DNA of 37,122 nt from Candidatus Omnitrophota bacterium (GCA_023140385.1 JAGLLT010000014.1:1-37122); one strand, 5' to 3'; positions 1 to 13,283 are shown, counted from the first letter of the stretch. Made by a program: numbers and translations. The notes: generated from the sequence alone by a model not told the origin.

Positions 1-162
1 GGCCTGGAATCAAGGGCGCAGGAAGAGATGGCCAGGATGGTGGCTATGAAACAGGCAACGGACAGCTCCGACGAGATGATTGTTGCTTTGGAACTGCAGT
101 ACAATAAGTTAAGGCAGGCTGAGATTACCAGAGAGATAATTGAAGTCATCAGTGCTTCGTAA
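1..162 (+). CDS. atpG: ATP synthase F1 gamma subunit, 3' end (partial at window edge)
   Basis: Frame 1 reads ...EEMARMVAMKQATDSSDEMIVALELQYNKLRQAEITREIIEVISAS*, the conserved gamma C-terminus; directly upstream of atpD. Confidence 0.95.
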   Translation, partial: GLESRAQEEMARMVAMKQATDSSDEMIVALELQYNKLRQAEITREIIEVISAS

Positions 163-1822
<1,660 letters not shown>

Positions 1823-1844
1823 AGAACCATAACCCAAAAAATTT

Positions 1845-3140
1845 ATGAGGAAGATTGTAAGGCAGTTTAAGTTAGTTATCCTTCTTTTCTTAATCAACGG
1901 GTTTGTGCCCGCGGCCGAGGCCGCGGATAAAAGGATAGAGTTGACTAATATTAAGGTGAGAAGCTCCGCTGAAGGAACAATCATCAGGGTAAATACCAGC
2001 AGGCCGGTTAAATTTTTATATTATAAAGTTGAAAACCCCGCCCGCTTAATAATTGATTTTATCAGCACTAATATTTATTCACGGGAACCTGAAAAAATTG
2101 TTTTTACTCGCGGTAATTTAAGAGAAATCCAGAGTGTTTTTTATGAGACAGAAGGCGGCCAGCCGGGATTGGATTCACTTGTTTTAAAATTTGTTCCGAA
2201 TGTTACGGTAAAAGTCAAAGGGGAAAAAAGCGGAATTTTATTGAGAGTTGAAAGATCCGCGGTGTTTTCTCAAGCCGTAGAACCGCCGGATAAAAATTCC
2301 GAAGCTTATATTTTAGCCGAAAAAATTGCCCGCCGGAAAAGCCTGGCCGGCCGGGGAGATAAGCGCAACCATAGTTTGCTTTCATCTCTGTCTTATATGC
2401 TGAGCTTGTACGAGAACTCGATAAAGAAGGAGTTGGCTGTTTTTGAGTCCAGGGAAACTGAGACATCAATGGCCGGTAAACATCTATCGCCAGAGACGCT
2501 TGCTATATTAGCCGCGGCTGGAAAAACGAATATCAATCTTGCTTATAGAAGACCGGATGCTTTAGGGAGTTTAAAGCTGTCATCGGGGCAGAGGCTTAAA
2601 GATGGTGGTTATCTAACGTGGGCCGCGTTGGCCGCCACTTCTATCATAACTGCCTCGGGCGCGTTGATTATGTTGGTTAAAGGCAGGCGGAGAAAAACTA
2701 ATTTACGGCAGGTTAATGTATCCCGCCTTCAAAAGAGCGACTTTAGCCGCCTGCGTATTGTAGAGAGGTTAACTTGCCGGGATAATCAGGCTAATAGATG
2801 TTTCGAAAAAAGGCAATTTGCCAGGCTGGGCGTACCGGCAGAAGGCTTTTTGCGGGTGTCTATGGATATAGAAACACAAAAGCTGTGTAAGGCGCCGGCT
2901 TGCGCGAAGAATATAAGTTTGGGAGGAATTTGCATCGAGATAGAAGGAAATATTGAAATACCCCGAATTTTAGAAATTTGGTTAAGGCTGCCTGATGTGC
3001 GGGAGGCGAATCAGGTTCTTGCCAGAATTGAATGGAGCAGGAAGAAAGACGACGGCCTATGCTGTTATGGTTTGTCTTTTATGATGTTGGGTGAGAAGGA
3101 AGAAGCAAAAATTAAAACATTCCTAAACGACAATTTGTAA
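1845..3140 (+). CDS. Membrane protein: signal peptide, AMIN-like domain, TM helix, C-terminal PilZ domain
   Basis: ENPARLIIDF (AMIN-like), hydrophobic stretch around aa 257-278, PilZ motifs EKRQFAR and NISLGG. Confidence 0.7.
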   Translation: MRKIVRQFKLVILLFLINGFVPAAEAADKRIELTNIKVRSSAEGTIIRVNTSRPVKFLYYKVENPARLIIDFISTNIYSREPEKIVFTRGNLREIQSVFYETEGGQPGLDSLVLKFVPNVTVKVKGEKSGILLRVERSAVFSQAVEPPDKNSEAYILAEKIARRKSLAGRGDKRNHSLLSSLSYMLSLYENSIKKELAVFESRETETSMAGKHLSPETLAILAAAGKTNINLAYRRPDALGSLKLSSGQRLKDGGYLTWAALAATSIITASGALIMLVKGRRRKTNLRQVNVSRLQKSDFSRLRIVERLTCRDNQANRCFEKRQFARLGVPAEGFLRVSMDIETQKLCKAPACAKNISLGGICIEIEGNIEIPRILEIWLRLPDVREANQVLARIEWSRKKDDGLCCYGLSFMMLGEKEEAKIKTFLNDNL

Positions 3141-3143
3141 AAA

Positions 3144-3815
3144 ATGAGTAGCGAAACAGGCAATTTTTTTATAGTTAGCACACCCATCGGAAACAAAAAA
3201 GACATTACCCTTCGGGCGCTTGAAGTGCTTAAAGAAGTTGATCTCATTGCTTGTGAGGATACACGCCATACTCATCGGCTCTTAAAGCATTATGAGATAA
3301 AAAAGGCGCTTATCAGCTACTTTGAACACAATAAAACAAAGCGGGCCCCGCAAATAATAAAATGGCTTAAAGAAGGCAAGAACGTTGCCTTGGTAAGCGA
3401 CGCGGGAACTCCCGGAATTTGCGACCCCGGCTATTATGTTATTCGTTTAGCGCGGCAGGAGGAAATTCCGGTATCTGTCATTCCCGGGCCTTCCGCATTG
3501 ATTACGGCGCTGATTGCTTCGGGTAAGCCGCCGGATAAATTTATCTTTGAAGGCTACTTGCCCAGAAAAAAAGGCGTCCGCAGAAAAAAACTGGAAGCTT
3601 TGGCTGTTGAGGAAAGAACGGTTATTTTTTACGAGTCCCCCTACCGCCTTCTTAAATCATTAGAGGATATTGAAATTTTTTTTAAGGACAGAAAAATTTG
3701 CTGCTGTCGTGAGCTAACGAAGAAGTTTGAAGAAGTAATTACGGATACTCCGGCAAATTTAGTCAAACACTACAGAGAGAAAAGCCCAAAGGGAGAGTTT
3801 GTTTTAGTTTTGTAA
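3144..3815 (+). CDS. rsmI: 16S rRNA (cytidine-2'-O)-methyltransferase
   Basis: STPIGN, IACEDTR, VSDAGTPGICDPG, FYESPYR, RELTKKFEE, KGEFVLV. Confidence 0.95.
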   Translation: MSSETGNFFIVSTPIGNKKDITLRALEVLKEVDLIACEDTRHTHRLLKHYEIKKALISYFEHNKTKRAPQIIKWLKEGKNVALVSDAGTPGICDPGYYVIRLARQEEIPVSVIPGPSALITALIASGKPPDKFIFEGYLPRKKGVRRKKLEALAVEERTVIFYESPYRLLKSLEDIEIFFKDRKICCCRELTKKFEEVITDTPANLVKHYREKSPKGEFVLVL

Positions 3816-3843
3816 TGGGGTCTGACCCCGAGGGGAAGAACCG

Positions 3844-4455
3844 GTGAATATAGCTGTTTTTTGTTCGGGTAAGGGTACTAATTTACAGGCTATTATTGAC
3901 GCCGTAAAGTCAAAAAAAGTTAAAGCCGGCATAAAATTGGTAATAGCCGATAAAAAAAATGCCCTTAGCCTTGTAAAAGCGGAAAAAGCCGGCATCAAAG
4001 CTATATTTATTAATTCTAAAAGGTTTAAAAGCAGAGAGTCATTTGATAAAGAAGCAATTAAATATCTAAAAAAGGAAAAGGTGGAGCTGGTAGTCCTGGC
4101 GGGTTTTATGAGGATATTAAGCCCTCATTTTATTAAGAAGTACAGAGATAGGATTTTGAATGTTCATCCGGCGCTCCTGCCTTCTTTTAAGGGCAGCCGG
4201 GCAATAAAAGATGCTTTTGACAGCGGGGTTAAAGTGACGGGGGTTACAGTTCACTTTGTCAGCGAGGAAGTTGACAGCGGCCCGATTATATTGCAGGAGG
4301 CCGTTAAGGTTTCGAATAGGGAGAGTTACGTGTCATTAGAGAGAAAGATTCATAAAGTTGAACACCGACTCTATCCTTTGGCTATAAGGTTATTTTGCGA
4401 AGGCAGGTTGAAAGTTTCGGGAGGAAAGGTATTTTGCGAGGAAGCGCTAAAATGA
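3844..4455 (+). CDS. purN: Phosphoribosylglycinamide formyltransferase
   Basis: SGKGTNLQA, LAGFMRIL, NVHPALLPSF, TGVTVHFV..EVDSGPII; GTG start. Confidence 0.96.
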   Translation: MNIAVFCSGKGTNLQAIIDAVKSKKVKAGIKLVIADKKNALSLVKAEKAGIKAIFINSKRFKSRESFDKEAIKYLKKEKVELVVLAGFMRILSPHFIKKYRDRILNVHPALLPSFKGSRAIKDAFDSGVKVTGVTVHFVSEEVDSGPIILQEAVKVSNRESYVSLERKIHKVEHRLYPLAIRLFCEGRLKVSGGKVFCEEALK

Positions 4456-5864
4456 AAATTAAGTTTGGGACATCGGGGTGGAGGGCTATAATTAGTGAAG
4501 ATTTTACCTTTGACAACGTAAGATTATTGAGCCAGGCAGTTAGTAACTATTTAAAAGGCGCGGGGCTCTCTAAAAAGGGCGTACTAATAGGCCACGATAC
4601 AAGATTTTTGTCTTCTGACTTTGCCAGGGAAGCGGCCCGGGTGCTTGCTTCGAACGACATCAGGGTTTACCTTCCCAAAAGGTCTACTCCGACGCCCACC
4701 GTATCATATAGTGTCATAAATAAAAAGCTGGGAGGAGCTATTATGATAAGCGCCAGCCATAATGCTCCCGAATACAACGGTTTTAAGTTTTCCGCGGAAA
4801 CAGGCGGCCCTTCTTCTGAGAAGGTAAGCAGGATGATAGAAAAACAGGCGGCCTGCGTTAAAATTAAAGATGTTAAAAATGATGAAAAAAAAGCGGAAAA
4901 AAACATTATAACCTTTGATCCCAGACCGGCCTATATGAGAAAACTAAGAAAAGTTCTTAATATGTCAATGCTTAAAGCAAGCAGGATGAAGATTGCCGTG
5001 GACTGCATGAACGGAATAGCTGCCGGTTATCTGGATAGATTTATCAAAGATCTTAATTATGAAGTAAAAGTTATCAACGCCCACAACGACCCGCTGTACG
5101 GAGGTAGAAATCCGGATCCTTCTCCTGAGAATTTGAAGGAATTGATTAATGTGGTCAAAAAAGAGAACTTTGATATAGGGCTGGCAGTTGATGGTGATAG
5201 CGACAGATTTGGCGTTATTGACGGGAACGGGGAGTTTATTATACCTAACAAAATTATTTCCTTGATATTTTACTACTTGGTAAATAGCGCCAAACTAATG
5301 CCTTGTGTTGCCAGGAGTGTGTCAACCACGCACCTGATTGATGAAATAGCGAAAGATTACGGTGTAAATACGGTGGAAACGCCCATCGGTTTTAAATACA
5401 TAGCTGAACAACTTTTAAGCGGCGCCTGTATGCTTGGAGCCGAAGAGTCGGGAGGGCTTTCTGTAGCCGGCCACGTTCCTGAAAAGGACGGACTGTTGGC
5501 CAATTTACTGGTTGTGGAAGCAATGGTTTATTTTAAAAAACCCTTAAGGGCTATTCTGGATGAGATTTATCAAAAGTATGGCCGTTTTTATAATAAACGC
5601 ATCAATATTAAAGTGGACTGGCCGTCCCAGCGTAAATTTATGGCAAAGTTGGCGCAAAAACCCCCCTTAAGGATAGCTAAAAGAAAAGTGGTGACAATTA
5701 ACAAGGTAGACGGGTATAAATTTATTCTTGAAGATGGCGATTGGCTGATGTTCAGGCCCAGTGGCACAGAGCCAATGGTGCGCTGTTACATTGAAAGCCG
5801 CAGCAGGAAGAGATACAATAATCTGTTGAAAGAAGCCGGGAATTTAATAGAAACAATGAGGTAG
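4452..5864 (+). CDS. Phosphoglucomutase/phosphomannomutase family protein
   Basis: KFGTSGWR, SASHN phosphoserine motif, DGDSDR, GAEESGG, RPSGTEP; ATGA overlap with the purN stop places the start at 4452. Confidence 0.92.
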   Translation: MKIKFGTSGWRAIISEDFTFDNVRLLSQAVSNYLKGAGLSKKGVLIGHDTRFLSSDFAREAARVLASNDIRVYLPKRSTPTPTVSYSVINKKLGGAIMISASHNAPEYNGFKFSAETGGPSSEKVSRMIEKQAACVKIKDVKNDEKKAEKNIITFDPRPAYMRKLRKVLNMSMLKASRMKIAVDCMNGIAAGYLDRFIKDLNYEVKVINAHNDPLYGGRNPDPSPENLKELINVVKKENFDIGLAVDGDSDRFGVIDGNGEFIIPNKIISLIFYYLVNSAKLMPCVARSVSTTHLIDEIAKDYGVNTVETPIGFKYIAEQLLSGACMLGAEESGGLSVAGHVPEKDGLLANLLVVEAMVYFKKPLRAILDEIYQKYGRFYNKRINIKVDWPSQRKFMAKLAQKPPLRIAKRKVVTINKVDGYKFILEDGDWLMFRPSGTEPMVRCYIESRSRKRYNNLLKEAGNLIETMR

Positions 5865-6075
5865 TTTTTTGCGAATAGCGGAAAGTAAAATTTCCTTTTT
5901 TATGTAAAGGTTAAATTTGTCCCTTAAAAACACAGTTATTGCCGGCTATATATACTGTATTTTGTATCTATAAAATAAAACACCACAAGTATTGTTAAAA
6001 ATCAAGGAAGATGAGGGAAGAAAAGCGACGCTTTTTTTGCGAGTGGTTAAATGATGTCTATTTTCAAAAAAGCAT

Positions 6076-7691
<1,616 letters not shown>

Positions 7692-7716
7692 TGGAATTTT
7701 AGGAAAAATTGTGGTT

Positions 7717-7793
<77 letters not shown>

Positions 7794-7818
7794 ATTCAGG
7801 AGGCAGACAGCGGTAATA

Positions 7819-8232
7819 ATGGGTTTTTATCACGCCGGAGGAAAACTTCAGAAAGGCCTATCCGAGAGAAGGAAGTATGTAAGGTTAGATGCCCGTGTTC
7901 CGGTTCAGTATTTTGTTATACCGGAGAAAAAAGAAGAGGAAATAGCGAAGAATTTTTGCCATAAAGCGCAAAGCCGCAACATCGGAGGCGGCGGACTATT
8001 GATAGAAGTGCCGGTTCTGACCGATGAACTATTTTTTACCACTCACCTGATAAAGGTTCAATTCTCATTGCCGCAAAAGGCTAAATTCATTACGGCCATT
8101 GCCAGGATGATTTCCGTTGAGAAACCGGAACACGTTAAAAGCTTTTACGTAAGATTAGCCTTTATAAAGATTAGCAAAGAAGATAGGCAAAGCTTGATTG
8201 ATTATATAAATAAAGAACACGGCAAAACCTGA
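7819..8232 (+). CDS. PilZ domain protein
   Basis: ERRKYVR (RxxxR) and NIGGGG (variant of the D/NxSxxG motif); AGGAGG RBS. Confidence 0.75.
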   Translation: MGFYHAGGKLQKGLSERRKYVRLDARVPVQYFVIPEKKEEEIAKNFCHKAQSRNIGGGGLLIEVPVLTDELFFTTHLIKVQFSLPQKAKFITAIARMISVEKPEHVKSFYVRLAFIKISKEDRQSLIDYINKEHGKT

Positions 8233-8277
8233 AAAGATGCAGCTGTAAAAAGATAATAAAGGCTATGCTTTTCAACT

Positions 8278-8814
8278 ATGCGCTATTTTGGATTGAGAAT
8301 TATCAAGTTATTCATAATAATACTGTTACTGATAAATCTAACGGGTTGTGCCTTATTGGGCACGATTCTTCAACTCGCGCCGTTGGCAACTATCTTTGTC
8401 TATTACTCCGCTCCGTCTGAAGTTGAGGACGGCAAGCTCCTCTGCTTTAAAACCGTCGAAAGCTATAAAGCGGGCGGCGGCAAAGACGCGCAGTCGGCGG
8501 AGAGAGTTAAGAGTGAATATTACCTCTGTCTTCTTGACTATGAAAAGGGTGAGGTGCGGGAACTCGCGAAGATACTCAATGATAAACCTTACAGCCTGGA
8601 AGATGGTGTAATCTATTACGAAAAAGATGAAGGCAAAATCCTTTTTGCCTTAAGTGAACCTGAAGGTACATGGCAGTTGAACGTCGATGGGTCCGCGCTG
8701 GAGAAAATTTCTGAAGAGAAGATGGTGCCCGCGGGAGTTATCTGTTCGGAAGGACGCTATGTTTATTTACCCCCACCTTATTTTACAAATGATATTTCCC
8801 GCCTAAATCCGTAG
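8278..8814 (+). CDS. Hypothetical lipoprotein
   Basis: Positively charged N-terminus, hydrophobic stretch, LTGC lipobox. Confidence 0.6.
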   Translation: MRYFGLRIIKLFIIILLLINLTGCALLGTILQLAPLATIFVYYSAPSEVEDGKLLCFKTVESYKAGGGKDAQSAERVKSEYYLCLLDYEKGEVRELAKILNDKPYSLEDGVIYYEKDEGKILFALSEPEGTWQLNVDGSALEKISEEKMVPAGVICSEGRYVYLPPPYFTNDISRLNP

Positions 8815-9579
8815 ATATTTCCTGGAAAAGCCGATTATAAAAAGAGGCATAATGAATATACTGCAGAGGGATTCCAGCATAACTATTATTTTGTTAAGCC
8901 CTACCGCGGTTACATCTCCGAAGCCAACGGTGGTAAAAGTAACCACACTGAAATAGAGAGCGTCTAAAAAATGGGGGCGTGAGACAAGGCCTTCTTTTAA
9001 AAGATACCCCGCGCTGTAAAACAAAGATGAAATCAGAATGACCAGGACGCAGGATGCGAATGTCCTTGAGGGGCGTTCGCCGTGCCCCCAGATAAGATAA
9101 GAGAGGGTTAGCATAAGGCAGAGAACACCCCTCTTTAAGGATGATATTAAATTTTTCTTCTCTTTGCTTTTAGTAATTGGGTGAATCTTTTTGGCGTTAA
9201 ACAGCCGCCGGACTAAAAACTTTCTGTAACATTCTTTTGAGGAGTAAAGGCAATCGGAAAGGTTTATGAGTTCACGGTCTCTTTCATGGTTTATGGCTGC
9301 TTGCTTGTAGAGCAGGGAAGCGTACTCTAAATCACGGCAGGCCTCCGCGTCGCGGGCGGCGTTTTCATATAATATAGCGGCGTTATTAAACCTCTTTTCC
9401 CCCGACCTTATAGACCAACAGCTGGCAGCCATGGCGGAGCAGAAGGCAGACTGCCTAAGATTTTTATTTTTTCTATAAAGCCCCGCGGCTTTCTTAAATA
9501 GCCTGTATGCCTCGTGATACTTCTCTTCCGCGAGGAGCGCGTTTGCTTTTTCTTCGATAACTTGAGGATTATCTTGCAT
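8803..9579 (-). CDS. Potassium channel family (Ion_trans_2) protein with N-terminal helical-repeat domain
   Basis: DALYFSVVTFTTVGFGD pore helix and filter, flanking TMs, GHGERP motif; Ala-rich TPR/SNAP-like N-terminus. Confidence 0.8.
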   Translation of the reverse strand: MQDNPQVIEEKANALLAEEKYHEAYRLFKKAAGLYRKNKNLRQSAFCSAMAASCWSIRSGEKRFNNAAILYENAARDAEACRDLEYASLLYKQAAINHERDRELINLSDCLYSSKECYRKFLVRRLFNAKKIHPITKSKEKKNLISSLKRGVLCLMLTLSYLIWGHGERPSRTFASCVLVILISSLFYSAGYLLKEGLVSRPHFLDALYFSVVTFTTVGFGDVTAVGLNKIIVMLESLCSIFIMPLFIIGFSRKYLRI

Positions 9580-9589
9580 ATTTTTAATA

Positions 9590-9677
9590 TGGTGCCGGAG
9601 GTGGGACTCGAACCCACACGAGGGGTTGCCTCACACGATTTTGAGTCGCGCGCGTAAGCCAATTCCGCCACTCCGGC
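9590..9677 (-). tRNA. tRNA-Leu(CAA)
   Basis: GCCGGAGTGGCGGAATTGG...CGCGA CT CAA AA TCGTG, long variable arm, GGTTCGAGTCC, encoded CCA. Confidence 0.96.
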
Positions 9678-9744
9678 AAATTAAATTAAAGATAAGGCAA
9701 AGTACAAACCTTTTGCGCGCACTACCGAACCACGTAGGGTTCGG

Positions 9745-9820
9745 TGGTGGAGCTGAGGGGGCTCGAACCCCTGACCCCCACGCTGCCAGCGTGGTGCTCT
9801 CCCAGCTGAGCTACAGCCCC
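9745..9820 (-). tRNA. tRNA-Ala(GGC)
   Basis: GGGGCTGTAGCTCAG...CCACG CT GGC AG CGTGG...CTCCACCA; G3:U70 identity pair. Confidence 0.97.
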
Positions 9821-9831
9821 ATTAAATCCTA

Positions 9832-9860
9832 AATATAACATTCATTTAATAGCTTGTCAA
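9832..9860 (-). promoter_or_regulatory. Promoter for tRNA-Ala/tRNA-Leu
   Basis: Minus strand TTGACA-N17-TATATT with TGn extension, just upstream of tRNA-Ala. Confidence 0.7.
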
Positions 9861-9952
9861 CGATTTTTAACCGGAGTCTTTATCAATTTGCCTTGACGAT
9901 ATAGCGCTATTTATGATAATATAATACAAATACTTAATAGAGTTTAAATAAA

Positions 9953-10795
9953 ATGAAGTTAGGAGCTCATATATCAATCGCGGGGGGAATTTTTGAGGCT
10001 GTAGACAGGGCTCGAAAAGGTGGTTGTGATTGTATGCAGATATTCAGCCGCAGCCCCAGAGGTTGGGAGGCGCCGGCGCTCAACAGGGACGATGTTAAAG
10101 AGCTCAAGAGGAGAAGAAGAGAAGCGGGTATCACTCCTCTGGTTATACATGCTCCCTATCTGATAAATCTGGCTTCGCCGGATGAGGAGCTTTACGAAAA
10201 GTCTCTTAAGAGCTGTATAGAGGAGCTGAGAAGGGCGGATTTTTTAGGAGCGGAGTATTTTGTAACTCACCTTGGTTCGCATAAAGGTGATGGGGTTAAA
10301 GCCGGTGTCAGTAGATTTGGCGCGGCACTTAATAGGATATATAATGAGTTAAATCCCGGGGTTATGATGCTGCTTGAAAATACCGCCGGAGGCGGCAATA
10401 GCCTGGGAGGCACCTTTAGAGAAATTAATGAAGTGATGAAGGCCTCAAGGCATAAAAAAAGGCTGGGCCTGTGTTTTGATACCTGTCACGCCTATGCCGC
10501 CGGCTATGACATTGGGCACAAGAAGGGGTTGGAAGATACCCTGTCCGAGATTGATAGTTTAATGGGTTTGGATAAGTTAAAGGTGATACACCTTAATGAC
10601 TCTAAGGGTGATTTGGGTTCTCACCTTGACAGGCATGAACATATAGGGGAAGGAAGAATCGGAACAAGCGGGTTTAGGGTTATTTTAGGCCATCCGCGAT
10701 TGGAAAAGCCGGCTTATATCATTGAGACACCCGAAAAAGGCCCTGACTCCGACCCCTTGAGCATAAAAAAAATCAGGAAAATCTATGGAAGGTAG
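9953..10795 (+). CDS. nfo: Endonuclease IV
   Basis: GAHISIAGG, HAPYLINLAS, LLENTAG, CFDTCH, HLNDS, DRHEHIGEG, IETP. Confidence 0.95.
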   Translation: MKLGAHISIAGGIFEAVDRARKGGCDCMQIFSRSPRGWEAPALNRDDVKELKRRRREAGITPLVIHAPYLINLASPDEELYEKSLKSCIEELRRADFLGAEYFVTHLGSHKGDGVKAGVSRFGAALNRIYNELNPGVMMLLENTAGGGNSLGGTFREINEVMKASRHKKRLGLCFDTCHAYAAGYDIGHKKGLEDTLSEIDSLMGLDKLKVIHLNDSKGDLGSHLDRHEHIGEGRIGTSGFRVILGHPRLEKPAYIIETPEKGPDSDPLSIKKIRKIYGR

Positions 10796-13283
10796 ATATC
10801 CGCACCGCGAAATAGAAAAAAAATGGCAGGAGTTTTGGCAGAAAAGTAATTTGATGAAGATGGAGCCTTCGTCAGCCAAGCCGAAGTTTTACTGCCTGAT
10901 GATGTTTCCCTACCCATCCGCTTCCCTTCACGTCGGCCATGGCAGAAACTACATTATCGGAGATGCTGTCGCCAGATTTATGAAAATGAGAGGCTATAAC
11001 GTTCTTGCCCCTATGGGCTGGGATGCTTTTGGCCTGCCGGCGGAAAACGCCGCTATCAAAAATAATGTCCACCCTAAAGATTCTACCGCCAACAATATTA
11101 AAAAAATGAAGTCTCAGTTGTATGAATGGGGCGTCCTCTATGATTGGGATAGAGAGATAAGCTCCTCCAACCCGGATTACTACAAATGGACACAGTGGCT
11201 TTTTTTAAAACTTTATCACAAAGGCCTGACTTACAAAAAGGAGGCCTCTGTCAATTGGTGTCCCGGATGCCGGACGGTACTGGCTAATGAACAGGTAATA
11301 AACGGCGCCTGCGAGAGGTGTTCTTCGCGGGTGAAACAAAAAAAGCTTAAGCAGTGGTTTTTTAAAATAACGGATTACGCCCAAAGACTACTTGATGACC
11401 TGGAACTTCTTAAGGAGTGGCCTGAGCGTGTTAAAATAATGCAGAGAAACTGGATTGGCAGGTCAGAAGGTTCCTTTATTGATTTTAAGGTTGAGGGTAT
11501 GAATAAAACTTTAAGCTGTTTCACTACCCGGCCCGACACTATTTTCGGCGCCGCCTATATGGTATTGGCGCCCGAACATCCTTTTATAAATGAGATTCTC
11601 AAGGATTTACCTGAGAAAGCAAGAATTAATGATTTTTTAGAGAAGATAAAAGGCCAGAGTAGTTTTGACAGGCAGTTTGGGCAGGTTGAAAAAGAGGGAA
11701 TCTTTAGCGGCAGGTACGTTATTAACCCCGTAAATAACGAAAAAATACCCCTTTGGATAGCCAATTATGTCCTTTTTGAATATGGTACCGGGGCTGTAAT
11801 GGCCGTACCCGCTCACGACCAGCGTGATTTTGAGTTTGCCAAAAAGTACAGCCTGAATATTAAAGTGGTTATTGATAATCCCGAATGTCATCTGGAGGCT
11901 TCATCAATGAGCCGCGCCTTTGAAGGCGAGGGCGTATTAGTAAACTCGGCGCAGTTTAATGGGATAGGTTCAAAAGAAGCTAAGGAAAAGATGGCCCTCT
12001 GGATGCAGAAAAGCAGTATGGGCAAAAAAGCCGTAAATTATAAACTGCGCGACTGGCTTATTTCGAGGCAGAGATACTGGGGAGCCCCTATCCCCATAGT
12101 GTACTGTGATAAATGCGGTATTGTGCCGGTAAAGGAGGAGAATCTGCCGGTTGAGCTGCCGTATGATATTGAGTTCAGGCCAAGCGGCGTGTCACCGCTT
12201 CAGGATAATAAAGATTTTATTAATACCGCCTGTCCCGCCTGTGGCGGCCCTGCCAGGCGCGAAGTGGATACCATGGACACCTTTGTTGACTCCAGCTGGT
12301 ATTACCTGAGATTTCTGTCGCCTGATAACGCGGAAAAGGCTTTTGATGTTGAGATGGTAAATAAGTGGCTGCCGGTTGATCAGTATATCGGAGGAGTTGA
12401 GCACGCCATTTTACATCTTTTGTACTCGAGATTTATTACCAAGGTTTTTTGTGATATGGGTTTTGTCGGTTTTAAAGAGCCCTTTGAGAGGTTATTTACT
12501 CAAGGTATGATTGTTAAGGATGGGGCCAAAATGTCTAAGTCCAAAGGCAATGTAGTCAGCCCCGATAAGTTAATCGCGGACTATGGGGCGGATACGATAA
12601 GAGTTTACACTTTGTTTATCGGCCCGCCCGAAAAGGATGCTGAGTGGAATGACCGGGCGGTTGAGGGCGCGTGGAGGTTTTTGAATAAGGTATGGAAGAC
12701 AGCCGGTTCTCTCCTTAAAAACGCGGCGCCGGAGATCAGGGATGAGAAGCTTGTTAAGAGGCTGAAGAAAAAAAACAATGAGGTAATTAAAAAAGTAACT
12801 TTGGATATGGAGGGCTCTTTTCACTTTAATACGGCCATCAGCTCTATTATGGAGTTAGTTAATAAAATAAAGAGCGTGATGGATAAACAGACAAAGATTG
12901 ACGTTGAATCGGGTTATTCCAATGAAGGTAAGAAAGACTATAAAAACCTCAAAGCGGCCATTGAATCAACTGTTATTCTTTTTTCTCCCTTCGCCCCCCA
13001 CATAGCGGAAGAGCTCTGGCAGGCCTTAGGCAATAAGCCGAGTATTTTTGAAAATAAATGGCCTGATTATGATGAGTCAGTATTGAAGGAGGGTTCTGTC
13101 TCCGTGATTATTCAGATTAACGGTAAAGTTCGTTCAAAGATAGAACTGGCCAGGGGGTCTGGCGAGGCCAGCCTGAAGACGGCCGCTCTGGAAGATGAAA
13201 CGATAAAAAATTATCTTAATAATAGAGAGATAAAGAAAATTATTGTTGTACCCGACCGGCTGGTCAATATTGTCCTTGTGTAG
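10785..13283 (+). CDS. leuS: Leucine--tRNA ligase
   Basis: MFPYPS..LHVGH (HIGH), TTRPDT editing domain, DWLISRQRYWG, KMSKS. Confidence 0.98.
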   Translation: MEGRYPHREIEKKWQEFWQKSNLMKMEPSSAKPKFYCLMMFPYPSASLHVGHGRNYIIGDAVARFMKMRGYNVLAPMGWDAFGLPAENAAIKNNVHPKDSTANNIKKMKSQLYEWGVLYDWDREISSSNPDYYKWTQWLFLKLYHKGLTYKKEASVNWCPGCRTVLANEQVINGACERCSSRVKQKKLKQWFFKITDYAQRLLDDLELLKEWPERVKIMQRNWIGRSEGSFIDFKVEGMNKTLSCFTTRPDTIFGAAYMVLAPEHPFINEILKDLPEKARINDFLEKIKGQSSFDRQFGQVEKEGIFSGRYVINPVNNEKIPLWIANYVLFEYGTGAVMAVPAHDQRDFEFAKKYSLNIKVVIDNPECHLEASSMSRAFEGEGVLVNSAQFNGIGSKEAKEKMALWMQKSSMGKKAVNYKLRDWLISRQRYWGAPIPIVYCDKCGIVPVKEENLPVELPYDIEFRPSGVSPLQDNKDFINTACPACGGPARREVDTMDTFVDSSWYYLRFLSPDNAEKAFDVEMVNKWLPVDQYIGGVEHAILHLLYSRFITKVFCDMGFVGFKEPFERLFTQGMIVKDGAKMSKSKGNVVSPDKLIADYGADTIRVYTLFIGPPEKDAEWNDRAVEGAWRFLNKVWKTAGSLLKNAAPEIRDEKLVKRLKKKNNEVIKKVTLDMEGSFHFNTAISSIMELVNKIKSVMDKQTKIDVESGYSNEGKKDYKNLKAAIESTVILFSPFAPHIAEELWQALGNKPSIFENKWPDYDESVLKEGSVSVIIQINGKVRSKIELARGSGEASLKTAALEDETIKNYLNNREIKKIIVVPDRLVNIVLV

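Noticed and set aside
5943..5995. Two NrdR-box-like 16-mers upstream of eno
   Set aside because: Poor matches in AT-rich DNA, atypical spacing and no nrd gene nearby
6021..6035. AAAAGCG-A-CGCTTTT palindrome
   Set aside because: Single short palindrome, mostly A/T runs; no function can be assigned
9408..9832. ORFs 9408-9671 and 9626-9832 (also 7584-7775)
   Set aside because: Shadows of tRNA genes
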